Assembly (NCBI GenBank): GCA_030616145.1 | Contig: JAUWXU010000001.1 | Span: 1 to 25,305, forward strand | Source of the DNA: Candidatus Omnitrophota bacterium | GTDB lineage: Bacteria; Omnitrophota; JAUWXU01 | Direction: 5' to 3' | Length of the DNA stretch: 25,305 nucleotides | Part shown: positions 14,509 through 24,045 of the stretch, piece by piece | How the letters are laid out: every line of letters starts with the position of its first letter | Numbering within the stretch: the first letter of the stretch is position 1 | Made by a program: the position numbers and the translations under genes | The notes under the pieces: generated by a model | Told to the model about the DNA's origin: nothing | Seen by the model: the letters and a program-made list of their open reading frames with translations, nothing else | Database searches by the model: none

Positions 14509-15726
14509 ATGAGACCCTATTTCGCAATAAAGCTTGATTATTGGATAGGGAGACCGCTTTGTTTTTCTCTTTCCGTGGTTGATAAAATCAAGACAGTTTT
14601 TATTAGAAGGAGAGAAGAATTCCTTTCTCAAAAGATAATGTTTGTAGAACTTTCTGAGATGGGGGCAGTCATATTAGGATACTCGGCGATAAAAAAGGCA
14701 CAACAGCTCTATCCGGATTCTAAAATCTATTTTTTGATTTTTAAGGAAAATGCTGAAAGTGTTCATATGTTGAATATTTTTTCTAAAGAAAATGTCTTTA
14801 CTATTAGAAGTAAAAATTTGTGGGTTTTGTTTATAGATACAATCAGGGTTTTAAGAAAGATGCGCAGGGAAAAAATAGATGCGGTGATAGATATGGAATT
14901 GTTTTCAAGGTTCAGTTCTGTCTTAAGTTATTTGAGCGGAGCAAAGACAAGAGTGGGCTTTTATAAATTTTCTCTGGAGGGTCTTTACAGGGGAAATCTT
15001 TATACCCACAGGGTTATGTACAATGCTTATATGCATATAAGCAAGAACTTCCTTGCCCTCATTCATTCGCTTAAATCTTCCCACAAAGATATGCCCTTTT
15101 TTGATTTGTCCTTAATCGAAGCTAAGACAGAGGTACCCAAGATAAAAATTGATAATTCTGGAGAAGAAAATATATGGAAAAGAATTAAAGAAAATAATAG
15201 ATCTGTCAGAAAAGACAATAAACTTGTGATTTTAAATCTGGGATTGGGGGAATATTTACCTTTACGGAGATGGCCGTTAGAGAATTATATAAAATTAGCA
15301 GATAATTTAGTTCGAGATGCAAATATTTTTGTTATCCTGATCAGTCTTAAATTTGAATCTAAAGAAGTTTTAAAGAAATTATTAGATTCCCCTTGCTGCA
15401 TAAATCTTATCGGAAACTTAAATCTTGGAGAGTTAATAGATTTGTTTAACGTATCTGATCTTCTTATAACTCATGATAGTGGGGCAGGAAACATCGCTTC
15501 AGTTACAAATATTAATCTAATCAGCCTTTTTGGCCCGGAAACACCCCTTTTATACGAGCCCATAGTCGCAAATAAGACGGTTATTTATAAAAATTTGATA
15601 TGCAGCCCTTGTTTCTCTGCTTATAATCATAGACAGTCACTATGCAAAAATAATTTATGCCTTAAGAATATAACCGTTGATGAGGTCTATAAAGCCGCAA
15701 GGAGATACTTGTATAAAAATGAATAA
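14509..15726 (+). CDS. Glycosyltransferase family 9 (ADP-heptose:LPS heptosyltransferase-like)
   Basis: ELSEMGAVIL, RREKIDAVIDMELFSR, RRWPLENY, LLITHDSG, LFGPETP and a C-terminal C.PC.......C....CL..I.VDEV motif. Confidence 0.88.
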   Translation: MRPYFAIKLDYWIGRPLCFSLSVVDKIKTVFIRRREEFLSQKIMFVELSEMGAVILGYSAIKKAQQLYPDSKIYFLIFKENAESVHMLNIFSKENVFTIRSKNLWVLFIDTIRVLRKMRREKIDAVIDMELFSRFSSVLSYLSGAKTRVGFYKFSLEGLYRGNLYTHRVMYNAYMHISKNFLALIHSLKSSHKDMPFFDLSLIEAKTEVPKIKIDNSGEENIWKRIKENNRSVRKDNKLVILNLGLGEYLPLRRWPLENYIKLADNLVRDANIFVILISLKFESKEVLKKLLDSPCCINLIGNLNLGELIDLFNVSDLLITHDSGAGNIASVTNINLISLFGPETPLLYEPIVANKTVIYKNLICSPCFSAYNHRQSLCKNNLCLKNITVDEVYKAARRYLYKNE

Positions 15727-15949
15727 TCAGATTTCATACCAGCTTAAAAATATCTTGCGTCTTATGGAGGTTAAAAAGAACAGATATCTGAAAGCAGCAC
15801 CGGGCAGCATTCTTTTTCTTCTTATTATATGGATTATGAATAAGTGCAATCTGCGATGTAAAATGTGTGACCAATGGTATTGTATATTGTCCTTCGACCC
15901 TTCGACAGGCTCAGGACAGGCAAGCTCAGGATGGTTCGAAGGATGGTGA
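15719..15949 (+). pseudogene. Truncated radical SAM protein gene
   Basis: ATG 15719 overlaps the GT9 3' end. The CxxxCxxC motif (CNLRCKMC, 15845-15868) is followed after a few codons by repeat-derived sequence and a stop. An intact radical SAM barrel would need more than 200 further residues. Confidence 0.8.
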
Positions 15950-15963
15950 GCTTGTCGAACCAT
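15891..15963. repeat. Nested REP-like palindrome cluster
   Basis: Reads ccttcgac[ccttcgacaggctcaggacaggc]aagctcagg atggttcgaagg atggtgagcttgtcgaaccat. Without the bracketed 23 nt, ttcgacaagctca is the exact reverse complement of tgagcttgtcgaa. atggttcga (15931-15939) pairs with tcgaaccat (15955-15963). Confidence 0.85.
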
Positions 15964-15988
15964 TTGTAATTTGTAATTTTTGTATTTG

Positions 15989-16285
15989 ATGCCAGCTAAA
16001 CTTATTGATAGACTTTGCGGTGATTATACACCGTTTGAAAGGAAGGTCTTTAAGGCAGTTTGCCGAATACCTCCCGGAAAGACAGTTACTTATCAACAGA
16101 TAGCCAAAAAGATAGGTCGCCCGCGGGCAGTGCGGGCCGTTGGCGCAGCACTGGGAAAGAATCCTTTTCCCCTGATAATCCCCTGTCACCGGGTAATCAG
16201 AACTGATGGCAATATCGGCGGGTACCGCTGGGGAAAAAAGACTAAGAGGAGACTTTTAGAGGAGGAGCAGAAAATAGTTCATTAA
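15989..16285 (+). CDS. ogt: Methylated-DNA--protein-cysteine methyltransferase (single C-terminal domain form)
   Basis: TPFERKV...IPPGKTVTY.QIA..IGRPRAVRAVG.AL..NP....IPCHRVI with the active-site Cys intact. ATG 15989 is preferred over TTG 15980. Confidence 0.9.
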   Translation: MPAKLIDRLCGDYTPFERKVFKAVCRIPPGKTVTYQQIAKKIGRPRAVRAVGAALGKNPFPLIIPCHRVIRTDGNIGGYRWGKKTKRRLLEEEQKIVH

Positions 16286-16360
16286 CAGTAGTTTTTATAG
16301 TATAATAAAACAACAGTCTTTCATAAAATTCATTCTAATCATTTTTACCGGAGGTAATAA

Positions 16361-17462
16361 ATGCTCAGCGAATTAAAGGATAAACTGAAATCAATCGAAG
16401 AACGTTTAGAAAAAATCAGAGGTTATCTTTGACCCGGCGGGGGCTAAAAAGAGGATAGAAGAAATCCAGCAATTGATGTCCAGGCCGGGCTTCTGGTCGG
16501 ACAGCGAACAGGCCAACAAGATAATATCTGAATTTAAGGAACTGAAATCCCGGCTTGAACCCTGGGATAAATATCAGAGTCAATACCAGGACATTTTAGA
16601 ATTATCTAAACTTGTTGAAGAAGATGATCAAAAGACCTTGGTTGAACTCCAGGAAGAGTTTTTAACGTTAAGCAATGCTTTAGATAAGTTAGAATTCGAA
16701 ATATTATTAAGCGGTGAAGATGATAAGTGCAGCGCAATTTTAAGCATCAATTCCGGTGCCGGTGGGACTGAGGCCTGTGATTGGGTTCAGATGCTGGCCC
16801 GGATGTATATAAGATGGGCTGAAGCTAAAGGATTTTCTACCCGGACCGTCGACTTTTTATCTGGCGAAGAAGCCGGCTTAAAGAACGTAACTATTATGAT
16901 TGCAGGCAGATTCGCCTATGGATGGCTCAAGACAGAGATAGGCGTGCATCGCTTGGTCCGCATTTCTCCCTTTGATTCCGCCCGGCGCCGCCACACCTCA
17001 TTTGCCTCGGTAGATGTCATTCCGGAAATAGAAGGAGAGATCCCCATTGTTATTAATCCCAGCGACCTGCGGATAGACACCTACCGCTCCAGCGGCGCAG
17101 GTGGTCAACATGTGAATGTCACTGATTCAGCAGTGAGGATTACACATCTACCTACGGGAATAGTGGCGCAGTGTCAAAACGAGAGGTCACAATTTAAAAA
17201 TAAGTCTACCGCTATGAAGGTATTGAAGGCGCGGCTCTACGAAAGGGAATTGAGAGAAAAAGAACAGGAAAGGGCCAAAAAGAATCAGAAAAAAATGGAA
17301 ATTGCCTGGAGCAGCCAAATCCGTTCTTACGTGCTTTATCCTTATTCTCTGGTCAAGGACCACCGTACAGCATTTGAGACAGGTAACACCCAGGCAGTAA
17401 TGGACGGAAATATTGACCAGTTTATGGAAGCATATTTGAGAAAGTTAAAAACAAAGAGGTAA
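16361..17462 (+). CDS. prfB: Peptide chain release factor 2, with +1 programmed frameshift (366 aa)
   Basis: GGAGG RBS, ATG 16361, 23 codons to CTT TGA C (16427-16433), then the +1 frame continues into the 16473-17462 ORF. SPF and GGQ motifs are present. Confidence 0.97.
16418..16433 (+). promoter_or_regulatory. prfB ribosomal frameshift signal
   Basis: agaggt-tat-CTT-TGA-C: an internal SD-like sequence followed by the canonical slippery/stop site. Confidence 0.95.
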
Positions 17463-17466
17463 AAAG

Positions 17467-20265
17467 ATGGCGCAGCCTAAAAGGTCATTGAATCTGGCCT
17501 GGTTACGCAGGAAATTCGGATTGCCTGTTCCCAGGAATCCGTTGACTAGGTTTATTGGCACCCAAAACGAAAGGCTTTTGTTACGTTTCGGGCCATTAGT
17601 CGAGGCGATAAACTCCTGGGAGGAAAAAATCAGCCGGCTTTCAGATGATCAGCTTAAAAGAAAGACCGATGATTTTAAGGAACGGTTGCGGATGGGCCAG
17701 ACAATGGACGATATTCTGGTTGAGGCATTCAGCGTTGTCCGCGAGGCTGGCCGGCGCACTGTTGGCATGAGACATTTTGATGTCCAGCTGATTGGCGGGA
17801 TAGTTCTGCATCAGGGTCATATTGCCGAAATGGCCACTGGTGAAGGGAAGACGCTGGTGGCCACTCTGGCGGTCTATTTGAATGCCCTGAGCGGCAAAGG
17901 GGTTCATGTTGTTACAGTTAATGACTATCTGGCCAGAAGAGATCGGGCCTGGATGGGGCCGCTCTATGAATTTTTGGGTCTTTCCTGCGGAGTTATTCAA
18001 CATGATGTGAGTCCTGACCAGCGGCAAAAGGCCTATGGTTGTGATGTAACTTACGGCACGAACAATGAATTCGGTTTTGATTACCTGCGGGATAATATGG
18101 TCAGCAGGGCAGAGGACAGGGTGCAACGGCCGTTGCACTATGCCATCGTTGATGAGGTGGATAGCATATTAATTGATGAGGCACGGACACCCTTAATTAT
18201 TTCTGGGCCGTCTGAAGAGTCAACCGATAAGTATTATAAAGTAAATAAAATTATTCCCCGTCTTAAAAAGGGCAGCCGTGATGAGGCTACCAAGGAAGAA
18301 AGCGAAGATTTTATAATTAATGAAAAGGACCGCACGACTTATCTTACTGAACAGGGGGAGGTCCATGCGGCAAAGCTTCTGGGGCTGGACAATCTTCACG
18401 ATCTGGACACCATGGAATACAAACATCATGTAAATCAGGCCCTGCGCGCACACTATAATTTTAAGCGCGATGTACACTATATGATAAAGGATGGCCAGAT
18501 AATGATTGTAGATGAGTTTACCGGCAGGATAATGCCTGGAAGACGGTGGAGCGATGGCCTGCATCAGGGAATAGAGGCCAAGGAAAATGTGGAGATCAAA
18601 AGAGAGAATCAGACTTTAGCCACCGTCACCTTCCAGAACTATTTTCGGATGTATGAAAAACTTGCCGGTATGACCGGTACAGCTGTTACCGAGGCCATGG
18701 AGTTTAATCAGATCTATAAATTGGATGTGATAGTTATTCCTACCAACAGACCTTTGATCAGAACCAACTATCCCGATGTAATTTACAAGACAGAGAAAGA
18801 AAAGTTCAAGGCAGTGGTGGATGAAATAGAGGAATCTTATAAAAAACGACGGCCAGTTTTAGTGGGCACGATAACCATCGATAACTCAGAAAGACTGAGT
18901 CAGCTATTGAGGAACAGAAACATTCCCCATAATGTATTGAATGCCAAATATCATCAGAGAGAGGCCCAGATAGTAGCTCAGGCAGGACATTTAGGCGCGC
19001 TAACCATAGCTACCAATATGGCCGGGAGAGGGACAGATATTTTATTGGGAGGAAATGCTGAAACAATGGCCCGGGAGATTATTGATAAAAAATTGTCTTC
19101 TGGCGAGGTCCTCTCCGAAGGAGATAAACAAAAGATTATATCGCGATTGAGGGAACAGACCTCTAAAGAACATGATCAGGTCGTCAGGTTGGGCGGACTC
19201 CATATTATCGGTACAGAACGGCACGAGGCGAGAAGGATTGATAATCAGCTCAGAGGCAGGGCCGGTCGGCAGGGCGATCCTGGTTCTTCCCGATTTTATC
19301 TGTCTCTTCAGGATGACCTGATGAGGATATTTGGTTCGGATAGGATTGCTGGTCTTATGGATCGGCTGGGTATGGAGGAAGGCCAGGAAATAGAACACCC
19401 GTTTATTACCCGGGCTATTGGGACAGCCCAGAAACGGGTGGAGACAATGAACTTTGAGATTAGAAAACAGCTGTTGGAATTCGATAATGTTATGAATAGT
19501 CAAAGAGAGGTAATCTATAAAGAACGCCGGATGGTCCTGGAAGGTAGTGAGATCAAAGAACATATTTTGGGCATGATGGATGGTGTCCTGGATAGAGATC
19601 TGACAAACTATATCAACCCTGATATTAATCAACAAGACTGGGACTTAAGCGGCTTAAGGCAACAGCTGAAATTAAGATTTCCAATAAGGATAGAGGATTC
19701 AGAATTAGGGAACCTTTCTTATGACCAGATAAAAGAGAATTTATTTAATAGGATTATTGATGCCTATAATCAAAAAGAAAATACTATTTCAGCAAAAGTC
19801 CTCAGACATCTGGAAAGAGTTGTTTTATTGCAGATTGTGGATTCGAAATGGAAAGACCACCTTTATTCCCTGGATATCCTCAGAGGAGGAATAGGCCTCC
19901 GGGCATATGGCCAGCGGGATCCCCTGGTTGAGTATCGGCATGAGGCCTATCAAATGTTTTCTACTATGATTGAGAGCATAAAATCCGATATTATTGAATT
20001 TATCTTTAAGGTCCAGGCCGTCTCTGGAGAAAAAAGGGTTAGTGTTTTTGACCGATCTGAGCAGAAATTGGTTCACCCCGAGGCCCGCCAGATGAAAAGT
20101 CTTCCTTCAGAATCTTCGCCGGCAGAAGAGAAAACACCTTTGCCATTTTCTTCCCCAGCCGCTGATAAAAGTGCTCCTTATCAGAGGAAGGGACGCAAGG
20201 TCGGCAGGAATGAGCCCTGTCCCTGCGGCAGCGGGAAAAAATATAAACATTGCTGCGGGAGATAG
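17467..20265 (+). CDS. secA: Preprotein translocase subunit SecA
   Basis: [47 protein letters not shown] and a C-terminal SEC-C zinc motif [13 protein letters not shown]. Confidence 0.99.
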   Translation: MAQPKRSLNLAWLRRKFGLPVPRNPLTRFIGTQNERLLLRFGPLVEAINSWEEKISRLSDDQLKRKTDDFKERLRMGQTMDDILVEAFSVVREAGRRTVGMRHFDVQLIGGIVLHQGHIAEMATGEGKTLVATLAVYLNALSGKGVHVVTVNDYLARRDRAWMGPLYEFLGLSCGVIQHDVSPDQRQKAYGCDVTYGTNNEFGFDYLRDNMVSRAEDRVQRPLHYAIVDEVDSILIDEARTPLIISGPSEESTDKYYKVNKIIPRLKKGSRDEATKEESEDFIINEKDRTTYLTEQGEVHAAKLLGLDNLHDLDTMEYKHHVNQALRAHYNFKRDVHYMIKDGQIMIVDEFTGRIMPGRRWSDGLHQGIEAKENVEIKRENQTLATVTFQNYFRMYEKLAGMTGTAVTEAMEFNQIYKLDVIVIPTNRPLIRTNYPDVIYKTEKEKFKAVVDEIEESYKKRRPVLVGTITIDNSERLSQLLRNRNIPHNVLNAKYHQREAQIVAQAGHLGALTIATNMAGRGTDILLGGNAETMAREIIDKKLSSGEVLSEGDKQKIISRLREQTSKEHDQVVRLGGLHIIGTERHEARRIDNQLRGRAGRQGDPGSSRFYLSLQDDLMRIFGSDRIAGLMDRLGMEEGQEIEHPFITRAIGTAQKRVETMNFEIRKQLLEFDNVMNSQREVIYKERRMVLEGSEIKEHILGMMDGVLDRDLTNYINPDINQQDWDLSGLRQQLKLRFPIRIEDSELGNLSYDQIKENLFNRIIDAYNQKENTISAKVLRHLERVVLLQIVDSKWKDHLYSLDILRGGIGLRAYGQRDPLVEYRHEAYQMFSTMIESIKSDIIEFIFKVQAVSGEKRVSVFDRSEQKLVHPEARQMKSLPSESSPAEEKTPLPFSSPAADKSAPYQRKGRKVGRNEPCPCGSGKKYKHCCGR

Positions 20266-20326
20266 CGGATAGACAATAATATTGCCTATTCGCCCGCTAA
20301 CCAATTAATCAACGTAGTCGACTTTT

Positions 20327-20800
20327 ATGAAGGCAGTAATCCAAAGAGTAAGCAAGGCAGAGGTAAAAATAGATGGCCGTGTTATTTCCGAAATAGGCAA
20401 GGGCTTAGTTATCTTTCTGGGCATAGAAAAGACAGATGGTTTAAAGGATGTTGAATTTTTGGCTGAGAAGATAACAAAACTCAGGTGTTTTGAGGACCAG
20501 CGAGGCAAGATGAACATTTCCCTTGGTGAGGTGAACGGAGAACTACTGGTGGTTCCAGAAGTTACCCTTTGTACCAACCTCATCAGCGGACGGCGGCCCG
20601 GTTTTGAGAATGCGGCTCAGCCAGAGCTTGCTGAAAGTCTTTATCGGGATTTTATAAATCTATTGTCCAAGCGGAACTTTAGAATTAAACAAGGCAGGTT
20701 CAAGGCCCATCTGATTGTTACGATATTCAATGATGGACCGGTGACGTTCGTTTTGGATAGCCATTCTATAAAGGCAGAGTCAGAGAGAGAGGGAAGATAA
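20327..20800 (+). CDS. dtd: D-aminoacyl-tRNA deacylase (DTD1 family) with a divergent SQFTL motif
   Basis: MKAVIQRVSKAEV.IDG..I.EIGKGL, KI..LR.FED..GKMN, GRRPGF and NDGPVT. Confidence 0.92.
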   Translation: MKAVIQRVSKAEVKIDGRVISEIGKGLVIFLGIEKTDGLKDVEFLAEKITKLRCFEDQRGKMNISLGEVNGELLVVPEVTLCTNLISGRRPGFENAAQPELAESLYRDFINLLSKRNFRIKQGRFKAHLIVTIFNDGPVTFVLDSHSIKAESEREGR

Positions 20801-20827
20801 AGTTTGATACTTTTATAGGAGGAAGTT

Positions 20828-21682
20828 ATGAATACATTAAAGACGGGAATCCTGTTGACTTTTCTAACATTGCTTTTAGTTTTTATTGGAAGATTAATCG
20901 GCGGTCCTGTGGGAATGGTAACAGCTTTTATAATCGCCTTAATAATAAATGGCGTAAGTTACTGGTTTTCTGACAGGATAGTTCTGGCAATGTATCATGC
21001 CAAAGAGGCCTTGCCTGATGAGGCCCCGCAATTATATCAGATAGTTGGCGACCTGGCTCAGAAGGCAAATCTACCCTTGCCCAGAATCTATATTATTCCC
21101 AGCCAGACCCCTAACGCCTTTGCTACCGGCAGAGATCCCCAGCATGCAGCAGTAGCAGTGACTAAAGGCATCTTAAATATTTTAGACCGCGATGAGCTGG
21201 AAGGTGTCTTGGCCCATGAGTTGTCCCATGTCAGAAATCGGGATATCCTGATCGGTTCAATGGTTGCTACCATTGCCGGTGCCGTGTTTATGTTGTCAAA
21301 TATAGCCAGATTTGCTGCCTTGTTTGGCGGCTACAGGGGCAGCCGGAATAGAGGGGGCGGAATTGTTGGATTGTTGGTAATGACAATAGTGGCGCCGATT
21401 GCTGCAATGTTAATCCAGATGGCCATATCCCGCTCCCGGGAATATCAGGCTGATAGTTCAGGGGGAAGACTCTCTGGACAACCTCTGGCATTGGCCAGTG
21501 CTTTAAAAAAATTACATTCAATGAACAAGAAAATACCGATCAAGGCCAATCCATCCACCGCCCATATGTTTATTGTCAGTCCTTTGGCTGGCGGCGGCCT
21601 GGCAAACCTGTTCAGTACCCATCCGAGGGTAGAAAATCGGATAGAGGCGTTAAAAAGGCTTGATGCTGATTTACAGAGATGA
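20828..21682 (+). CDS. htpX: Zinc metalloprotease HtpX (M48)
   Basis: [19 protein letters not shown] (HExxH), [11 protein letters not shown] and LFSTHP. AGGAGG RBS upstream. Confidence 0.96.
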   Translation: MNTLKTGILLTFLTLLLVFIGRLIGGPVGMVTAFIIALIINGVSYWFSDRIVLAMYHAKEALPDEAPQLYQIVGDLAQKANLPLPRIYIIPSQTPNAFATGRDPQHAAVAVTKGILNILDRDELEGVLAHELSHVRNRDILIGSMVATIAGAVFMLSNIARFAALFGGYRGSRNRGGGIVGLLVMTIVAPIAAMLIQMAISRSREYQADSSGGRLSGQPLALASALKKLHSMNKKIPIKANPSTAHMFIVSPLAGGGLANLFSTHPRVENRIEALKRLDADLQR

Positions 21683-21837
21683 AAGTTAATATCAGATATA
21701 TAAAAGACAAAGACCTGTTTGAGCTGCAGTTTGTTGAACCCCACCTGCGCTCGCACATTTTATTGAATAGACAGCAGTTGAATCAATTCAGGGCGTCTTT
21801 AGAAAAGGCCCTTATTGAAAGTAAAAAAAACAGATGA
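21679..21837 (+). CDS. Hypothetical 52-aa protein, below the ORF-track cutoff
   Basis: [52 protein letters not shown]. It has ATGA overlaps with both the htpX stop (21679-21682) and the next gene's start (21834-21837). Confidence 0.8.
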   Translation: MKVNIRYIKDKDLFELQFVEPHLRSHILLNRQQLNQFRASLEKALIESKKNR

Positions 21838-22484
21838 TGGATGCAAAAAAGATGCTACGGGCCTTTTATGATAGATTATTTGAATTTTTCGGTCCGCAGA
21901 AATGGTGGCCGGCCCGCTCGCGATTTGAGATTATCCTTGGGGCTATCTTGACCCAGAATACCAGCTGGAAAAATGTGGAAAAGGCGATTAAGAATTTACG
22001 TTCCGCAGGGGTATTAGACTATCGAGGATTAAAAGAGCTTAGTCAGCGCCGGCTCGCCTCGTTGATTAAGCCGGCGGGTTACTACAACATTAAAGCAGAG
22101 CGGTTAAAAAACTTCATTAATTTTTTAAGTTTGGAGTATCAGGGAAATCTAACTAAGATGTTGAAAGAAAAGACGTTGGTATTGCGGCAAAGCTTGCTCA
22201 AGGTGAAGGGAATAGGTAAAGAAACAGCTGATTCAATAATATTGTATGCCGCCGGGAAGCCGGTTATGGTAATAGATGCCTACACCAAAAGAATATTTTC
22301 GAGACACAGATTGATTTCCCCAGATTCCTCCTACGATCATGTCCAGGAACTGTTTATGGACAACCTGCCCAAGAGCCCTATTTTCTACAACGAATTTCAC
22401 GCCCTGATTGTCAGACTGGGTAAAGAGTATTGTGTCAAAAAGCCCAGATGCGATGCTTGCCCAATAGCAGCCTTAAAGTATTGA
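21834..22484 (+). CDS. Endonuclease III-like HhH-GPD DNA repair protein
   Basis: FGPQKWWPA.SRFEIILGAILTQNTSWKNVEKAI, PAGYYNIKA.RL, HhH motif KVKGIGKETADSI, VIDAYT.RI, YNEFHALIV and a C-terminal Cys cluster. Confidence 0.88.
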   Translation: MMDAKKMLRAFYDRLFEFFGPQKWWPARSRFEIILGAILTQNTSWKNVEKAIKNLRSAGVLDYRGLKELSQRRLASLIKPAGYYNIKAERLKNFINFLSLEYQGNLTKMLKEKTLVLRQSLLKVKGIGKETADSIILYAAGKPVMVIDAYTKRIFSRHRLISPDSSYDHVQELFMDNLPKSPIFYNEFHALIVRLGKEYCVKKPRCDACPIAALKY

Positions 22485-22491
22485 TTCAGTT

Positions 22492-24045
22492 ATGAAATTA
22501 ATCAGGACTTTTTTACTCTGTCTTTTTTCGGCCTTCCTTTTGATTTTGTCTTTTCCCCGGCCTGAGTTGGCGTATTTTGCCTGGTTTTCCTTTGTTCCCC
22601 TTTTTGCGGCTATTGATAAGCTGGATAGAAAATCCGCATTTTTGTTTTCCTATCTTACCGGCGTTATTTTTTTTCTGGGTACGCTTTACTGGATTGGTTA
22701 TGTAAATGTTTTTGGATTGATAGCCCTGGTATTGTATCTAGGGCTTTATTTTGGTATCTTCGGCTTGCTTGTTAATCGTTTGCACTCTGGCTTCGGAGCC
22801 CTTATTTTAGTTCCGTGTTTTTGGGTAAGTTTGGAATATCTCCGCAGTCATCTTTTTAGCGGATTTGGCTGGCCAGTACTCGGATATTCCCAGTATCTCA
22901 ATCTTTCTCTTATCCAGATAGCAAAACTTACCGGTGCCTACGGTGTTTCTTTTCTAATAATAATGGTCAATATGCTTATCTTTCAGGGAATAAGGGGCCT
23001 CAGGATTATCCCGAGAAAGGAGGTTTCTTACCAGGGCAGACAGAACTCAAAGTTATTGATTAACCTCAGTATTGTTTTGCTGATTTTGATATCGGTATTT
23101 ATCTATGGCCGCATTCAGCTTTCCCAAAGGACTGGGGCAAGAATAAAGGTAGGGTTAGTCCAGGCCAATGTGCCACAGCAGGAGAAGTGGGATCCTGCAT
23201 TTAAATATCTGATTCTGGAAAAATATCAAGCACTAACCAGATTGGTTTCCCTGCAAAGGCCAGATATAATCATCTGGCCGGAGACAGCTATTCCGGGATA
23301 TCTGGTTGATGGAAGTGAAGTCCTGGGTTATGTTCTTAACTTGGCAAGAGAAGTAGGCATTCCTTTGTTGATCGGTAGCCCCTTTCTGAATAATAGCAGT
23401 GAGGTCTATAATTCTGCTTTTTTAGTGTCGGGGAAAGGTAAAATTCTTACCCGTTACGACAAGATACATTTAGTCCCCTTTGGTGAATATATTCCCCTGG
23501 GCAGAATATTTTCATTTGTTGCAAAGATAGACAAGAGGGCAGCTGGAGACCACTTTAGCCACGGCAGGGACTACACCATATTCAAGATACCAACTTCTGG
23601 CGGCCAGGAGCCAGGGACAAGCTTTGGCGTCCTGATTTGTTTTGAGGATATATTTCCGGGTTTGGTAAGGGAGTTTGTCAGGAAAGGGGCGGACTTTATG
23701 GTTAATATTACAAATGATGCCTGGTTTGGAACCTCCGGCGCACCCTATCAACATACTCAGGCCCTGGTCTTGAGGGCAGTTGAGAACGGTATTGGCATAG
23801 CCAGGTCTGCTAATACCGGCATTTCCTGTATCATTGAACCGAGCGGCAAGATAACCCGGCGGATATCAGATGCCCAGGGTAATCATATATTCATAACCGG
23901 GTATTTAGCCGGGGACGTAGCGCTTTTAAGCAGCCCTACTTTTTATACCAGATTCGGTGATCTATTTACCTATCTTTGTATTTTAATTTCAATAGGTTGG
24001 GTTATTCTTGACAAGGTAAGGAATCTTCTATATAATGCTACCTAA
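22492..24045 (+). CDS. lnt: Apolipoprotein N-acyltransferase
   Basis: N-terminal TM bundle and nitrilase-fold triad motifs WPET (Glu), YDKIHLVPFGEYIP (Lys) and ICFED (Cys), plus TNDAWFG and RSANTGIS. Confidence 0.96.
   Translation: MKLIRTFLLCLFSAFLLILSFPRPELAYFAWFSFVPLFAAIDKLDRKSAFLFSYLTGVIFFLGTLYWIGYVNVFGLIALVLYLGLYFGIFGLLVNRLHSGFGALILVPCFWVSLEYLRSHLFSGFGWPVLGYSQYLNLSLIQIAKLTGAYGVSFLIIMVNMLIFQGIRGLRIIPRKEVSYQGRQNSKLLINLSIVLLILISVFIYGRIQLSQRTGARIKVGLVQANVPQQEKWDPAFKYLILEKYQALTRLVSLQRPDIIIWPETAIPGYLVDGSEVLGYVLNLAREVGIPLLIGSPFLNNSSEVYNSAFLVSGKGKILTRYDKIHLVPFGEYIPLGRIFSFVAKIDKRAAGDHFSHGRDYTIFKIPTSGGQEPGTSFGVLICFEDIFPGLVREFVRKGADFMVNITNDAWFGTSGAPYQHTQALVLRAVENGIGIARSANTGISCIIEPSGKITRRISDAQGNHIFITGYLAGDVALLSSPTFYTRFGDLFTYLCILISIGWVILDKVRNLLYNAT
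24008..24036 (+). promoter_or_regulatory. Perfect consensus sigma70 promoter for lysS, embedded in the lnt 3' end
   Basis: TTGACA (24008-24013), a 17-bp spacer, TATAAT (24031-24036). Confidence 0.85.

Noticed and set aside
15677-15718. ORF-track start of the radical SAM stub at 15677
   Set aside because: It lies well inside the GT9 gene. ATG 15719, which overlaps the GT9 3' end and follows an AAGGAG at 15699-15704, is more plausible.
17467-17550. SecA N-terminal extension of about 20 aa as a repeat-derived insertion
   Set aside because: No palindrome or heptamer periodicity is visible, and SecA N-termini vary in length. It is treated as ordinary variation.
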